The notes under the pieces: generated by a model | Database searches by the model: none | Seen by the model: only the letters and a program-made list of their open reading frames with translations | What the model was told of the DNA's origin: nothing | Translations under genes and position numbers: made by a program | Source: Pelagibacteraceae bacterium AG-390-D18 | GTDB taxonomy: Bacteria; Pseudomonadota; Alphaproteobacteria; Pelagibacterales; Pelagibacteraceae | NCBI GenBank assembly: GCA_003279715.1 | Contig: QCGY01000004.1 | Coordinates: 32,694 to 96,693, forward strand | Reading direction: 5' to 3' | DNA: 64,000 nucleotides | Shown: positions 9,598-19,072 of the stretch, piece by piece | Position numbering within the stretch: the stretch's first letter is position 1 | How the letters are laid out: each line of letters starts with the position of its first letter

Positions 9598-10683
9598 ATG
9601 GCTAATGATCACTTCGTAAGATTCGAGAATGTAGATAAAAGTTACGACGGTAAGCAACTCGTTGTAAAAGGTTTAGACCTAGATATTGCTGAAGGTGAAT
9701 TTGTTACAATGCTTGGACCCTCTGGTTCTGGCAAGACAACTTGTTTGATGATGTTAGCTGGATTTGAAACTCCAACAAATGGACAAATTTATTTAGATAA
9801 CAAAGTTATCTCAGACATTCCTCCTCACAAAAGAGGAATTGGAATGGTGTTTCAAAATTATGCTTTGTTTCCTCATATGACTGTTTATGAAAACTTAGCT
9901 TTTCCATTAAGAGTCAGAAAAATTCCTAAAGATGAAGCAGATAAAAAAGTTGATAAAGCATTATCAATGGTATCTCTTCAAGGCTTTGAGTCTAGAATGC
10001 CTATGCAGTTATCAGGTGGACAACAACAAAGGGTAGCGGTTGCAAGATCATTGGTGTTTGATCCTCAACTAGTTTTAATGGATGAGCCTCTTGGAGCTTT
10101 AGATAAAAATTTAAGAGAAAGTATGCAATATGAAATTAAACATATTCATGAGAGTATTGGAGTAACAGTTGTTTATGTAACACATGATCAAACAGAAGCC
10201 TTAACAATGTCGAACAGAATTGCAGTGTTTAATGATGGTAAAGTTCAACAACTTTCTAGTCCAGATGAATTATATGAAAGACCTGTAAATTCTTTTGTTG
10301 CAGAATTTATTGGTGAAAATAATACTTTTGCTGGTGAGGTGATGGACTCTTCTGGAGATCAATGTAAGGTAAAATTAAATTCCGGAACAGAAATTTTAGC
10401 AAATCCTATAGTAGCAAAAGCTAAAGGAGAAAAAACTACAGTTTCATTAAGACCTGAAAGGGCAATTATTGATCCTGAGACAGCAATGGATAATAATCAT
10501 AAAGGTAAAATTGAGGAAGTTATTTACCATGGAGACCATACAAGGTTAAGGTTGGATCTATTAGGTAACAAGGAGTTTATTCTTAAAGTTCCAAATAGCT
10601 CAAATAGAATGGATATTAAAGAAGGTCGACAGATAAATATTGGCTGGAATAGTGTAGACTGTAGAGCTCTCGACCCAAAATAG
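9598..10683 (+). CDS. potA: PotA-type ABC ATP-binding protein
   Basis: GPSGSGKT, VFQNYALFPHM, LSGGQQQR, DEPLGALDK. Confidence 0.88.
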   Translation: MANDHFVRFENVDKSYDGKQLVVKGLDLDIAEGEFVTMLGPSGSGKTTCLMMLAGFETPTNGQIYLDNKVISDIPPHKRGIGMVFQNYALFPHMTVYENLAFPLRVRKIPKDEADKKVDKALSMVSLQGFESRMPMQLSGGQQQRVAVARSLVFDPQLVLMDEPLGALDKNLRESMQYEIKHIHESIGVTVVYVTHDQTEALTMSNRIAVFNDGKVQQLSSPDELYERPVNSFVAEFIGENNTFAGEVMDSSGDQCKVKLNSGTEILANPIVAKAKGEKTTVSLRPERAIIDPETAMDNNHKGKIEEVIYHGDHTRLRLDLLGNKEFILKVPNSSNRMDIKEGRQINIGWNSVDCRALDPK

Positions 10684-10780
10684 ACAAATAAAATTTTCAT
10701 AAAATATTAAGACAAATTAACCTTAATCAGCTGTTGACTAAGCTAATCTATATTGTTTTACTTTCACTTTATAAAAACTA

Positions 10781-10792
10781 AACGTTAACGTT
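10781..10792. promoter_or_regulatory. Perfect 12-bp palindrome AACGTTAACGTT in potD leader, possible operator
   Basis: Self-complementary, lies between a TTGACT hexamer (10734-10739) and the AGGAG RBS. Confidence 0.3.
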
Positions 10793-10806
10793 AAATAGGA
10801 GAATAA

Positions 10807-11928
10807 ATGAAAAAATTAAGTAAATTATTACTTGCTCTTTCTTTTGTACTTTCTGTAACTACTTCAGCATTTGCAGTAACTGTAGTGTCTTGGGGTGGAG
10901 CTTACACAGAGTCACAAAAATTGGGTTACGGTGATCCTACAGCAGCGAAACTTGGAATACCTGTAAACTGGGTAGACTACACTGGTGGATTATCAGAAAT
11001 TAAAGCTCAAAAAGAAGCTGGAGCTATAACTTGGGACATCATCGATGTGTACGCTAAAGACACAATCATTGGATGTGACGAAGGTATTTTCCATGAATTC
11101 GATTTTGACAAAGATTTTGCACCTGCTCCAGATGGAACACCTGCAAGTCAAGATTTCTTTACAGGCATGCCTTCTAAATGTGCAGTTGGAAACATTCTGT
11201 ACTCTTGGAACTATGCTTACAATGATGCAACTATCGGTGATAAAAAACCAAGCACGTTGAAAGACTTTTTTAATACTAAAAAGTTTCCTGGTAAAAGAGC
11301 AATTTACAAAGGTGCAATGTCTAATTTAGAAATTGCTATCACTGCAGACGGTGTAAACCCTGGTAAAGGTTCTGACTTAACATACAGAAAACTTGAAGCA
11401 GATGGCGGTATTGATAGAGCTATGAACAAGCTTAAAGCACTTTGTACAGATCCAAATGGTGGATGTGTATTCTGGAATGCTGGAGCTCAACCACCAGAAC
11501 TACTAGCTAACGGTGAAGTAGTAATGGCTACAGGTTGGAATGGTAGATTCTTCAATGCACAAATGGAAGGAACTCCACTTGTACAAGTATGGGATGGACA
11601 AATTCTTGACTATGAATATTTTGCATTAGTTAAAGATGGTCCAGGTTATGCTGATGGTTCAGCTATGAAAGTGCTTAGAGAAATGACAAGTACTGAAATG
11701 TTAGCTGGAAGTGCAAAGTATATTGCTTATGCACCTTGGAGAAAATCTTCAATAGCTATTATGGAAGCTGGAGAGCCTTGGTTTAAAGATGGTAAAACTA
11801 ACATGGTACCACATATGCCAACAGCACCTGCTAACACAAAAAAATACATCCTAATGAACCCTGATTTCTGGGCAGATAACCAAGATGAAATCGGTGAAAA
11901 ATGGGAAGCTATGAAAGCTGGTCTATAA
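10807..11928 (+). CDS. potD: PotD-family extracellular solute-binding protein
   Basis: Signal peptide ending AFA, VSWGGAY motif, WDIIDV, GWNGR; strong AGGAG RBS. Confidence 0.88.
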   Translation: MKKLSKLLLALSFVLSVTTSAFAVTVVSWGGAYTESQKLGYGDPTAAKLGIPVNWVDYTGGLSEIKAQKEAGAITWDIIDVYAKDTIIGCDEGIFHEFDFDKDFAPAPDGTPASQDFFTGMPSKCAVGNILYSWNYAYNDATIGDKKPSTLKDFFNTKKFPGKRAIYKGAMSNLEIAITADGVNPGKGSDLTYRKLEADGGIDRAMNKLKALCTDPNGGCVFWNAGAQPPELLANGEVVMATGWNGRFFNAQMEGTPLVQVWDGQILDYEYFALVKDGPGYADGSAMKVLREMTSTEMLAGSAKYIAYAPWRKSSIAIMEAGEPWFKDGKTNMVPHMPTAPANTKKYILMNPDFWADNQDEIGEKWEAMKAGL

Positions 11929-11963
11929 TTTAGTTTTATAGAATAGTTTTTTATACTATATTG

Positions 11964-11994
11964 AAAGGGCAGTTATTTATAACTGCCCTTTTTT
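11964..11994 (+). terminator. Intrinsic terminator / stabilising hairpin after potD
   Basis: AAAGGGCAGTTA-TTTA-TAACTGCCCTTT followed by T run. Confidence 0.8.
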
Positions 11995-11997
11995 ATT

Positions 11998-13245
11998 ATG
12001 AGCCAAGAACAAATTTTATCATCTGACGGAATACCTTTAGAGGAAAGCCTTAAAAAAGCTGAGAGGAAAAATAAATTAAAAGCAGTCTTACTAGTAGCTC
12101 CTCTTTTTTTATTTATTTTAATAATTTACGTATTTCCAATTGGAGATATGCTTTTTAGAAGTGTTGATGATCGAATGATCACTAAAATGTTGCCAAAAAC
12201 CTTTAATGCAATGGAAAAATGGGATGGAAAAGATTTACCTGATGAGGAAGTCTATAAAGGTCTTTATGATGATTTAACATACTTAAAAAAAAATAAGACC
12301 TATGGAAAAATTATTGCCAGATTAAATTATGAAAAATCTGGATTTAGTAGCTTAATTAAAAAAACAGTAAGAAAGATTAACAAATTTGAAGAAGGAAACT
12401 ACAAAGAACAGTTTATAAAAGTTCATAAACGATGGGGAAAAAATGAATATCTAGTTGCTTTAAAAAATACAGCACCTAATTGGTCCTATGCTAAATACCT
12501 TAAGGGTATGGACAGAAAGTTTGACCAGGATAGAAATATAATTCAAGTAGAAGAAGATAGAAGAATCCACAAAATTTTATGGTTAAGAACTTTAAATGTA
12601 GCTTTCTGGGTTACTATTTTTTGCTTTGTTCTTGCTTATCCAATATCTCATTTGTTAGCAACATTGCCAATGAAATATAGCAATTTATTAATGATTTGTG
12701 TTTTACTTCCATTCTGGACTTCACTTTTGGTTAGAACTTCCAGTTGGATGGTTTTACTTCAACAGCAAGGACCAATTAATGATTTAATTGTTTGGATTGG
12801 TTTGGCTGCTGACGATAATAGGCCTGAGCTAATGTATAATGTTATTGGAACATTTGTTGCAATGACACAAATATTGTTACCTTTTATGGTTTTGCCACTT
12901 TATAGCGTAATGAAAACTATATCTCCAAGTTTAATGAGAGCTGGTAAATCTTTAGGTGGCACACCACTTGTATCATTTGTAAAAATTTACTTTCCTTTAA
13001 CAATTCCTGGAATTGGTGCTGGATGTTTATTGGTATTTATTTTAGCTATTGGTTACTATATTACTCCTGCATTAGTGGGTGGAGCAAGTGGATCCTTGAT
13101 CAGTAATACAATTGCTTATCATATGAAAAGTTCGTTAGATTGGGCTTTTGCTTCTGCTCTTGGAACAATGTTGTTAGTTGGAGTTTTAGCAATTTATTGG
13201 GTTTATAACAAACTTGTCGGAATAGATAATATTAAATTAGGATAA
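11998..13245 (+). CDS. potB: PotB-type ABC permease with large periplasmic insertion
   Basis: LLPFWTSLLVR, LPFMVLPLY, YYITPALVGG. Confidence 0.87.
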   Translation: MSQEQILSSDGIPLEESLKKAERKNKLKAVLLVAPLFLFILIIYVFPIGDMLFRSVDDRMITKMLPKTFNAMEKWDGKDLPDEEVYKGLYDDLTYLKKNKTYGKIIARLNYEKSGFSSLIKKTVRKINKFEEGNYKEQFIKVHKRWGKNEYLVALKNTAPNWSYAKYLKGMDRKFDQDRNIIQVEEDRRIHKILWLRTLNVAFWVTIFCFVLAYPISHLLATLPMKYSNLLMICVLLPFWTSLLVRTSSWMVLLQQQGPINDLIVWIGLAADDNRPELMYNVIGTFVAMTQILLPFMVLPLYSVMKTISPSLMRAGKSLGGTPLVSFVKIYFPLTIPGIGAGCLLVFILAIGYYITPALVGGASGSLISNTIAYHMKSSLDWAFASALGTMLLVGVLAIYWVYNKLVGIDNIKLG

Positions 13246-13251
13246 TAAATT

Positions 13252-14106
13252 ATGGCATTACCAAATCACACTCCTTTAAATTATAGAATTTGGCATTATA
13301 CCTATCTAACTTTCTGTGGTTTAGTATTTTTCTTTTTAATTGCACCCTTATTTGTAATTTTGCCTCTTTCATTTAACGCTGAACAATATATTCACTTTTC
13401 AGCAAAGATGTTGGCGTTAGATCCAGAAGGTTTTTCTTTAAGATGGTATGAAGACATGATTTATGGAACTAAAAACCCCTGGGGCTTAGCTACTAAAAAT
13501 AGTTTAATAATTGCCTTCTTTGCAACTATAGGATCAACAATTCTTGGAACTGTTGCTGCTTTAGGTTTAAGTAGTAGACACATGCCTTACAAAGCAGCAT
13601 TTATGGCATTATTAATTTCACCAATGATTGTTCCATTAATTATTTCTGGAACTGCAATATTTTTCTTTATGGCTAAAGTTGGTTTAGCTGCAACCCATAC
13701 AGGAATTATATTATCTCATATTATCCTAGGAACTCCATTTGTAGTAATTACTGTCACAGCAACCTTAACAGGTTTCGATCATAGTGTTACTAGAGCAGCA
13801 GCAAGCTTAGGAAGTAATCCAGTGAATACTTTTATGAAAATAACTTTACCTTTAATTATGCCTGGTGTTATCTCTGGAGCATTATTTGCTTTCGTAACTT
13901 CTTTTGATGAAGTTGTAGTGGTATTATTTTTAGCAGGTCTTGAAAACACAACTATTCCAATTCAAATGTGGGTAGGTTTAAGAGAACAATTAAGTCCAAC
14001 TATAATGGCTGTTGCAACTTGTTTGATTATAATGTCGACTTTAATTTTAGTTAGTGCAGAACTACTTAGACGAAGATCTGAAAGATTAAGAGGAATTAAT
14101 CAATAA
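13252..14106 (+). CDS. potC: PotC-type ABC permease
   Basis: PLSFN, FSLRWY, SPMIVP, FVTSFDEVV. Confidence 0.87.
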   Translation: MALPNHTPLNYRIWHYTYLTFCGLVFFFLIAPLFVILPLSFNAEQYIHFSAKMLALDPEGFSLRWYEDMIYGTKNPWGLATKNSLIIAFFATIGSTILGTVAALGLSSRHMPYKAAFMALLISPMIVPLIISGTAIFFFMAKVGLAATHTGIILSHIILGTPFVVITVTATLTGFDHSVTRAAASLGSNPVNTFMKITLPLIMPGVISGALFAFVTSFDEVVVVLFLAGLENTTIPIQMWVGLREQLSPTIMAVATCLIIMSTLILVSAELLRRRSERLRGINQ

Positions 14107-14151
14107 CTCTTTAAATTTCAATTATCAATTGATTTTATTTTTTCAATTCGA

Positions 14152-14180
14152 TAGACCTTCTAATAATTTGTCATTAGACT
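14152..14180 (+). promoter_or_regulatory. Putative sigma70 promoter of TRAP operon
   Basis: TAGACC-N17-TAGACT upstream of AGGAG RBS. Confidence 0.4.
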
Positions 14181-14214
14181 TCATTTTATAAAATAATAAT
14201 TAGGAGAGAGAATA

Positions 14215-15234
14215 ATGAGTATATTTAGAAAACTATCTAAAACATTGATTAGTTTTTTTGTTTTAGTATCAATAATTATCACATCTACTTCTGTTTTTGC
14301 TGCTGAAATCGTTGGGCGTCTTTCTGTTCATTGGAGTCCAAAACACCATAGTGCAAAACATGCAATAATTTTTGCTGAAGAGGTAACAAAAAGATCTAAT
14401 GGTAGATTAAAAATAGAAGTTTATCCATCAAAACAACTTTTTGGTGTTAGAGAAGTAATGGGGGCCGTAACCTCTGGTGCAGTTGAACTTGGTGGAATAC
14501 TTGGAGTAGTAAGCTTCCCATCAATTAACAAAGACTTTAACGTAGCTTCTTTTCCAGGCCTTTTTAATTCTTGGGAGCAACAAAGAGGATTTTTTCAAAA
14601 TTCTCCTAAAGGTAAAGAAATTTGGGGAGAATTAACAAAAAAAACAAACTCTACATTGATTATGTACAACCCAGTTGGACCTGTAATGAATTTTTCTAGC
14701 GAAAGAGAATTAACAGGTGTAGATGCCATGAAAGGTTTAAAAGCAAGGAGATTACTTAAAACCGATGAACCTATGTGGGATGCTCTTAAAGCAAATCGAG
14801 TATCATTACCGACTGGTGAAGTATATACTGCATTACAAACTGGTATGATAAATACAATGAGCACTCCTCCAGGAAGTATAGAGGCTTATAGTTGGTGGGA
14901 GTTTTTAAAGTATGGTCAAAAGCCATATCAATATTATGCTGACGCTTATATAATGGCTAACTCAACATGGTTTAATGGATTGTCTGCAGATTTACAAAAA
15001 ATAATAATGGATGTTGGTAAAGAAGTTGGAAAACTTTCTACTGACAGAATTATGGATGCAGGTGAAAGTACTCTTAAAAAATTCCAAGAAAGAGGCGGAA
15101 TTATTACTACACTTTCAGGAGCAGAAAAAGCTAAGTTTGATAAACTTATGAAAGATGAAGTGATGCCAGCAATGGCTAAAATGATGGGTGCTGATGCTTT
15201 ACTTGCCGCTCAAGAGTATGCAAAAAATAATTAA
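14215..15234 (+). CDS. dctP: TRAP transporter solute-binding protein
   Basis: Signal peptide, SNGRLKIEVYPSKQL, EVYTALQTG. Confidence 0.9.
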   Translation: MSIFRKLSKTLISFFVLVSIIITSTSVFAAEIVGRLSVHWSPKHHSAKHAIIFAEEVTKRSNGRLKIEVYPSKQLFGVREVMGAVTSGAVELGGILGVVSFPSINKDFNVASFPGLFNSWEQQRGFFQNSPKGKEIWGELTKKTNSTLIMYNPVGPVMNFSSERELTGVDAMKGLKARRLLKTDEPMWDALKANRVSLPTGEVYTALQTGMINTMSTPPGSIEAYSWWEFLKYGQKPYQYYADAYIMANSTWFNGLSADLQKIIMDVGKEVGKLSTDRIMDAGESTLKKFQERGGIITTLSGAEKAKFDKLMKDEVMPAMAKMMGADALLAAQEYAKNN

Positions 15235-15264
15235 GATAAGATTAAAAAACTTATTTTAAAATAA

Positions 15265-15756
15265 ATGAACACTTTGCGAGCTATTAACAATTTCTTAGCT
15301 TCAATAGCTATGATGCTCGCAATGTGTATTATTTTTGTGATGGTCGCAGCACTTACATTAAGTGCTAGTACTAGATTTTTAACTGGTTCAGGATTTGCAT
15401 GGTTTATAGAGTTGCCACCAGTACTAGTAAGTTGGTTAGTATTTCCTTTATTAGGTCCTTTGTTAAAAAAAGGTCAACATATTCAGGTAGATTTTCTAAC
15501 GCCATTACTTTCTATAAAATCAAAAAAAATTTTGAACTTTAGTGTAAATTTAGTAGCTCTCATATCGGCATGTATTTTTTTTAAAGCTGGATTAGAAGCA
15601 ACACAATTATATTACAATCTAGGACAAATGTTAGACATTGAAATTAGCGTCCCTATTTGGTGGATGTTTTTAGCATTCCCAGTTGGATTTTTTATCCTAG
15701 GGTTAGTTTCTATTGAATTATTAATCGATAATATTCTAGATTTATATAAAGGGTAA
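15265..15756 (+). CDS. dctQ: TRAP small permease
   Basis: 4 TM segments, WFIELP, HIQVD; between dctP and dctM. Confidence 0.87.
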   Translation: MNTLRAINNFLASIAMMLAMCIIFVMVAALTLSASTRFLTGSGFAWFIELPPVLVSWLVFPLLGPLLKKGQHIQVDFLTPLLSIKSKKILNFSVNLVALISACIFFKAGLEATQLYYNLGQMLDIEISVPIWWMFLAFPVGFFILGLVSIELLIDNILDLYKG

Positions 15757-15765
15757 ATAATATTA

Positions 15766-17031
15766 ATGTTCTCCCTTGCATTTATTTTATCATTAATAAC
15801 ACTTGTTATATCCGTACCTATTTTTTTGGTGTTTGGTCTAGGTAGTTCACTTGCGGCAATAGGTGGACTAAATCTTCCTTGGTCAGTATTAATTCAAGTG
15901 TCCTTTGGAGCTTTAACTAAGCATGTTTTGATAGCTGTACCTTTATTTATTTTTGCAGGTATGGCGATGCTTAAAGGGGGTGCAGCATCTAGGTTAGTCA
16001 AATTTACCACCACTTTGGTTGGACACTGGCCTGGAGGTTTGGGTGTAGCAATGGTTATTGCAATGGGTTTTTTTGCGGCATTTTGTGGATCAATTTTAGC
16101 GGCAATAACAGCTGTTGGTACGATTATGATGCCAAAAATGATTGAGCAAGGTTACCCAAAACCTTTTGTAGTAGTTTTAGCAGCCTCAGCAGCTTTGCTT
16201 GAAGCTTTAATACCTCCTTCTAACGCTGCAATTTTATTTAGTGCATTAACTAACGTTCCTGTTTCAAAAACATTTGCAGCTGGAGTGATACCAGGATTAA
16301 TACTTTTAGTTTTAATGATTCTGTTAGTTTTGTTTAAATGTAGACATATTAGAACTTCCAATGCTGCTTCTTATAAAGAAAGAGCTAAGGCTTTTTTATC
16401 GGCGTTGCCTGCTCTTATTACACCTGTAATAATTTTAGGAGGAATTTATGCAGGAATTTTAACACCATCTGAGTCAGCTGCTATTGCAGGAGTATACGCT
16501 GTATTAATAGGTTTTTTAATTTATAGAGAATTAACCTTACCTTCTTTATTAAGTTGTTTTAAAGAAACTGCGATTATTACGGCAGTAATATTTTCAATTA
16601 TTGCAACAGCAACTTTTCTAAGTGTAGTTTTAACATATACACAAGCCCCGCAAAAAATAATTACTTATTTCACTGAAATGGGTATCAGTGTAAATTTGTT
16701 TTGGGTGATGCTAGGTATAATTTGTTTAATACTTGGAACTTTTATTGAAATAGTTCCTGTATTTTATTTAACTGTTCCTATATTTGCTGCAATCACATTA
16801 TCTTTCAATCAAAGTCTACTACATTTATATGTAGTGTTCGTTGCTTTTGCAGGAATTGGAATGATAACACCACCAGTCTGTGTTGGAATTTATACAGCAG
16901 CAGGTGTGATAAAAGAAAATCCAGCCAATGCTTTTAAAGAAGTTCCTTTGTTTACAATTGTAGGAATTATTTATGGAATTTTAATGATTTTATTCCCAGT
17001 ATTATCTACTTGGCTACCAAGTCTTATTTAG
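15766..17031 (+). CDS. dctM: TRAP large permease
   Basis: AVPLFIFAG, LIPPS, GGIYAGILTPSES, ITPPV. Confidence 0.92.
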   Translation: MFSLAFILSLITLVISVPIFLVFGLGSSLAAIGGLNLPWSVLIQVSFGALTKHVLIAVPLFIFAGMAMLKGGAASRLVKFTTTLVGHWPGGLGVAMVIAMGFFAAFCGSILAAITAVGTIMMPKMIEQGYPKPFVVVLAASAALLEALIPPSNAAILFSALTNVPVSKTFAAGVIPGLILLVLMILLVLFKCRHIRTSNAASYKERAKAFLSALPALITPVIILGGIYAGILTPSESAAIAGVYAVLIGFLIYRELTLPSLLSCFKETAIITAVIFSIIATATFLSVVLTYTQAPQKIITYFTEMGISVNLFWVMLGIICLILGTFIEIVPVFYLTVPIFAAITLSFNQSLLHLYVVFVAFAGIGMITPPVCVGIYTAAGVIKENPANAFKEVPLFTIVGIIYGILMILFPVLSTWLPSLI

Positions 17032-17040
17032 TTTTATAAT

Positions 17041-17922
17041 TTAATTATTTTTACCAACAAGAACTTCATAGCTAGTAGATAAATCTTTAATTAAATCACA
17101 TACTTCAAAGTTATTATCTGCAATACTTCCTACAGGAGTTATTTCTGCAGCAGTACCTGTGATAAAACAACCTTTAAAATTAGATAGTTCATCAGGAGAA
17201 ATTTTTCTCTCATAAATTTTAATATTTTTTGACTTTGCAAGATCTATGACTGTTTTTCTGGTTATACCATCTAGAAAAGAATCTGGTATTGGAGTGTGCA
17301 ATTCATCTTTATTGTCTTTAAAAAAAATATTAGCACTTGTGGCCTCTGCTATATTGCCTTCATGATCTAACATTAAAGAGTCGGTATATCCTTCTTTTTC
17401 TGCCTGATGTTTTGAAAGTGTACAAATCATGTATAAGCCTGCTGCTTTGCTTTCCCAGGGGGACGAATTTTGAGGTGGTCTTTGCCACTTAGAAATATTC
17501 AACTTAATACCTTTTAATTTTAAACTTGGATCAAAGTATGTTGGCCAATCCCATATTGCGATAGCTACATTTATCTTTGTATTTTGAGCTGAAACCCCCA
17601 TCATTTCACTACCTCTCCAAACAAATGGGCGTATATACCCATTTTGAATATTTTGATCAGAGACAAGTTTTTTTGTAGCTTCAATAATCTCGTTATATGA
17701 ATAAGGAATTTTCATATCTAAAATTTTCGCAGAATTGAAAAGTCTATCTGTGTGTTCTTCTAATTTAAAAATTTTTGTATTGTATACTCTTAAGCCTTCA
17801 AAAACTAAGCTAGCATAATGCATTCCATGACTGATTATATGAACCCTAGCATCTTGCCATTCACATAATTCGTTATTAAACCAAATTTTTCCAGATCTTT
17901 TATCAAAAGGTAATTGTTGCAT
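17041..17922 (-). CDS. ilvE: Branched-chain amino acid aminotransferase (class IV)
   Basis: HGMHYASLVFEGLR, YIRP, SKAAGLY (PLP Lys), LDGITR, GTAAEITP. Confidence 0.93.
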   Translation of the reverse strand: MQQLPFDKRSGKIWFNNELCEWQDARVHIISHGMHYASLVFEGLRVYNTKIFKLEEHTDRLFNSAKILDMKIPYSYNEIIEATKKLVSDQNIQNGYIRPFVWRGSEMMGVSAQNTKINVAIAIWDWPTYFDPSLKLKGIKLNISKWQRPPQNSSPWESKAAGLYMICTLSKHQAEKEGYTDSLMLDHEGNIAEATSANIFFKDNKDELHTPIPDSFLDGITRKTVIDLAKSKNIKIYERKISPDELSNFKGCFITGTAAEITPVGSIADNNFEVCDLIKDLSTSYEVLVGKNN

Positions 17923-17930
17923 ATAAAAAT

Positions 17931-19055
17931 TTATTCTACAGATTCAATAATTGTAGCAATGCCCATTCCAAGGCCAATACATTGAGTAGCTAACGCGTAT
18001 TTTTTATTTTCTCTTCTTAATAATTGAGCTGCTTTTCCGGTAATTCTTGCACCTGTAGCTCCAAGTGGATGACCTAGTGCTAAAGCACCACCATCTATGT
18101 TAACTTTGTTAGGATCTATTAGTAAATCTTTAATGCAAGCTAATGATTGAGATGCAAAAGCTTCATTTAGTTCCACAATATCAATATCTTTTATTGATAA
18201 TTTAGCTCTCTCCAATGCTTTTTGTGTAGCACCAATTGGTCCTAAACCCATCGTGTCAGCTTTACATCCTTGAACTGAGGTAGATACAATTTTTGCTAAA
18301 ATTTCCAAGTTATTATCTTTAGCATATTGTTCTTCACAAATTAAAGTTACTGCAGCACCATCTGTTAGAGGCGAAGATGTGGCAGCAGTTACTGTCCCAT
18401 TTTGATCAAATGCTAATTTTAAACTATTCAATTTTTCTTGATTGCTATTAGGTCTTATATTGCTGTCTTGAGAACAATTTCCAATAGATACAATTTCATT
18501 ATTAAAATTACCTTTTGATTGAGCTTCAAATGCTTTCTTATGACTTGATATTGCAAATTCCTGTTGTTCAGTTCTTGATATAGAATATTGTTTAGCTACA
18601 TTTTCTGCAGTAGTACCCATTGTAAAATAAACATTTGGATTTTCAGTTTCAGTATATGGATATGGCATAGGGTCAAAACCAGTAGTTACTCTAGTCATAC
18701 TTTCAACGCCACCACAAATAAAAACTTTTCCAGACCCCATTGCTATTTTTCCTGCTGCAATATGAATAGCCTCCATTGATGATCCACACCATCTATCTAC
18801 TGTCATTCCAGAAGTCTTGATATCCATATTGGTTAAAAAAGTTACTAATTTACCAATATTAAAACACTGTTCTCCAGTTTGAAATGCACATCCAATTACA
18901 ATATCTTCTATATCGCTTTTATTAATTTTAGTTTTTGAAACAAGATTATTTATAACTTCAGCAAGCAGATTAACTGGCTTGACGTCAATTAATTCTCCTT
19001 TTCTCGCCATTGTAAATGGTGATCTTGAATAACCTGCTATAACTGCTTTAAACAT
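17931..19055 (-). CDS. Thiolase (acetyl-CoA acyltransferase)
   Basis: RWCGSS, NEAFA, GHPLGATG, CIGLG catalytic motifs. Confidence 0.93.
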   Translation of the reverse strand: MFKAVIAGYSRSPFTMARKGELIDVKPVNLLAEVINNLVSKTKINKSDIEDIVIGCAFQTGEQCFNIGKLVTFLTNMDIKTSGMTVDRWCGSSMEAIHIAAGKIAMGSGKVFICGGVESMTRVTTGFDPMPYPYTETENPNVYFTMGTTAENVAKQYSISRTEQQEFAISSHKKAFEAQSKGNFNNEIVSIGNCSQDSNIRPNSNQEKLNSLKLAFDQNGTVTAATSSPLTDGAAVTLICEEQYAKDNNLEILAKIVSTSVQGCKADTMGLGPIGATQKALERAKLSIKDIDIVELNEAFASQSLACIKDLLIDPNKVNIDGGALALGHPLGATGARITGKAAQLLRRENKKYALATQCIGLGMGIATIIESVE

Positions 19056-19072
19056 AAGGAATATATAGCTAT

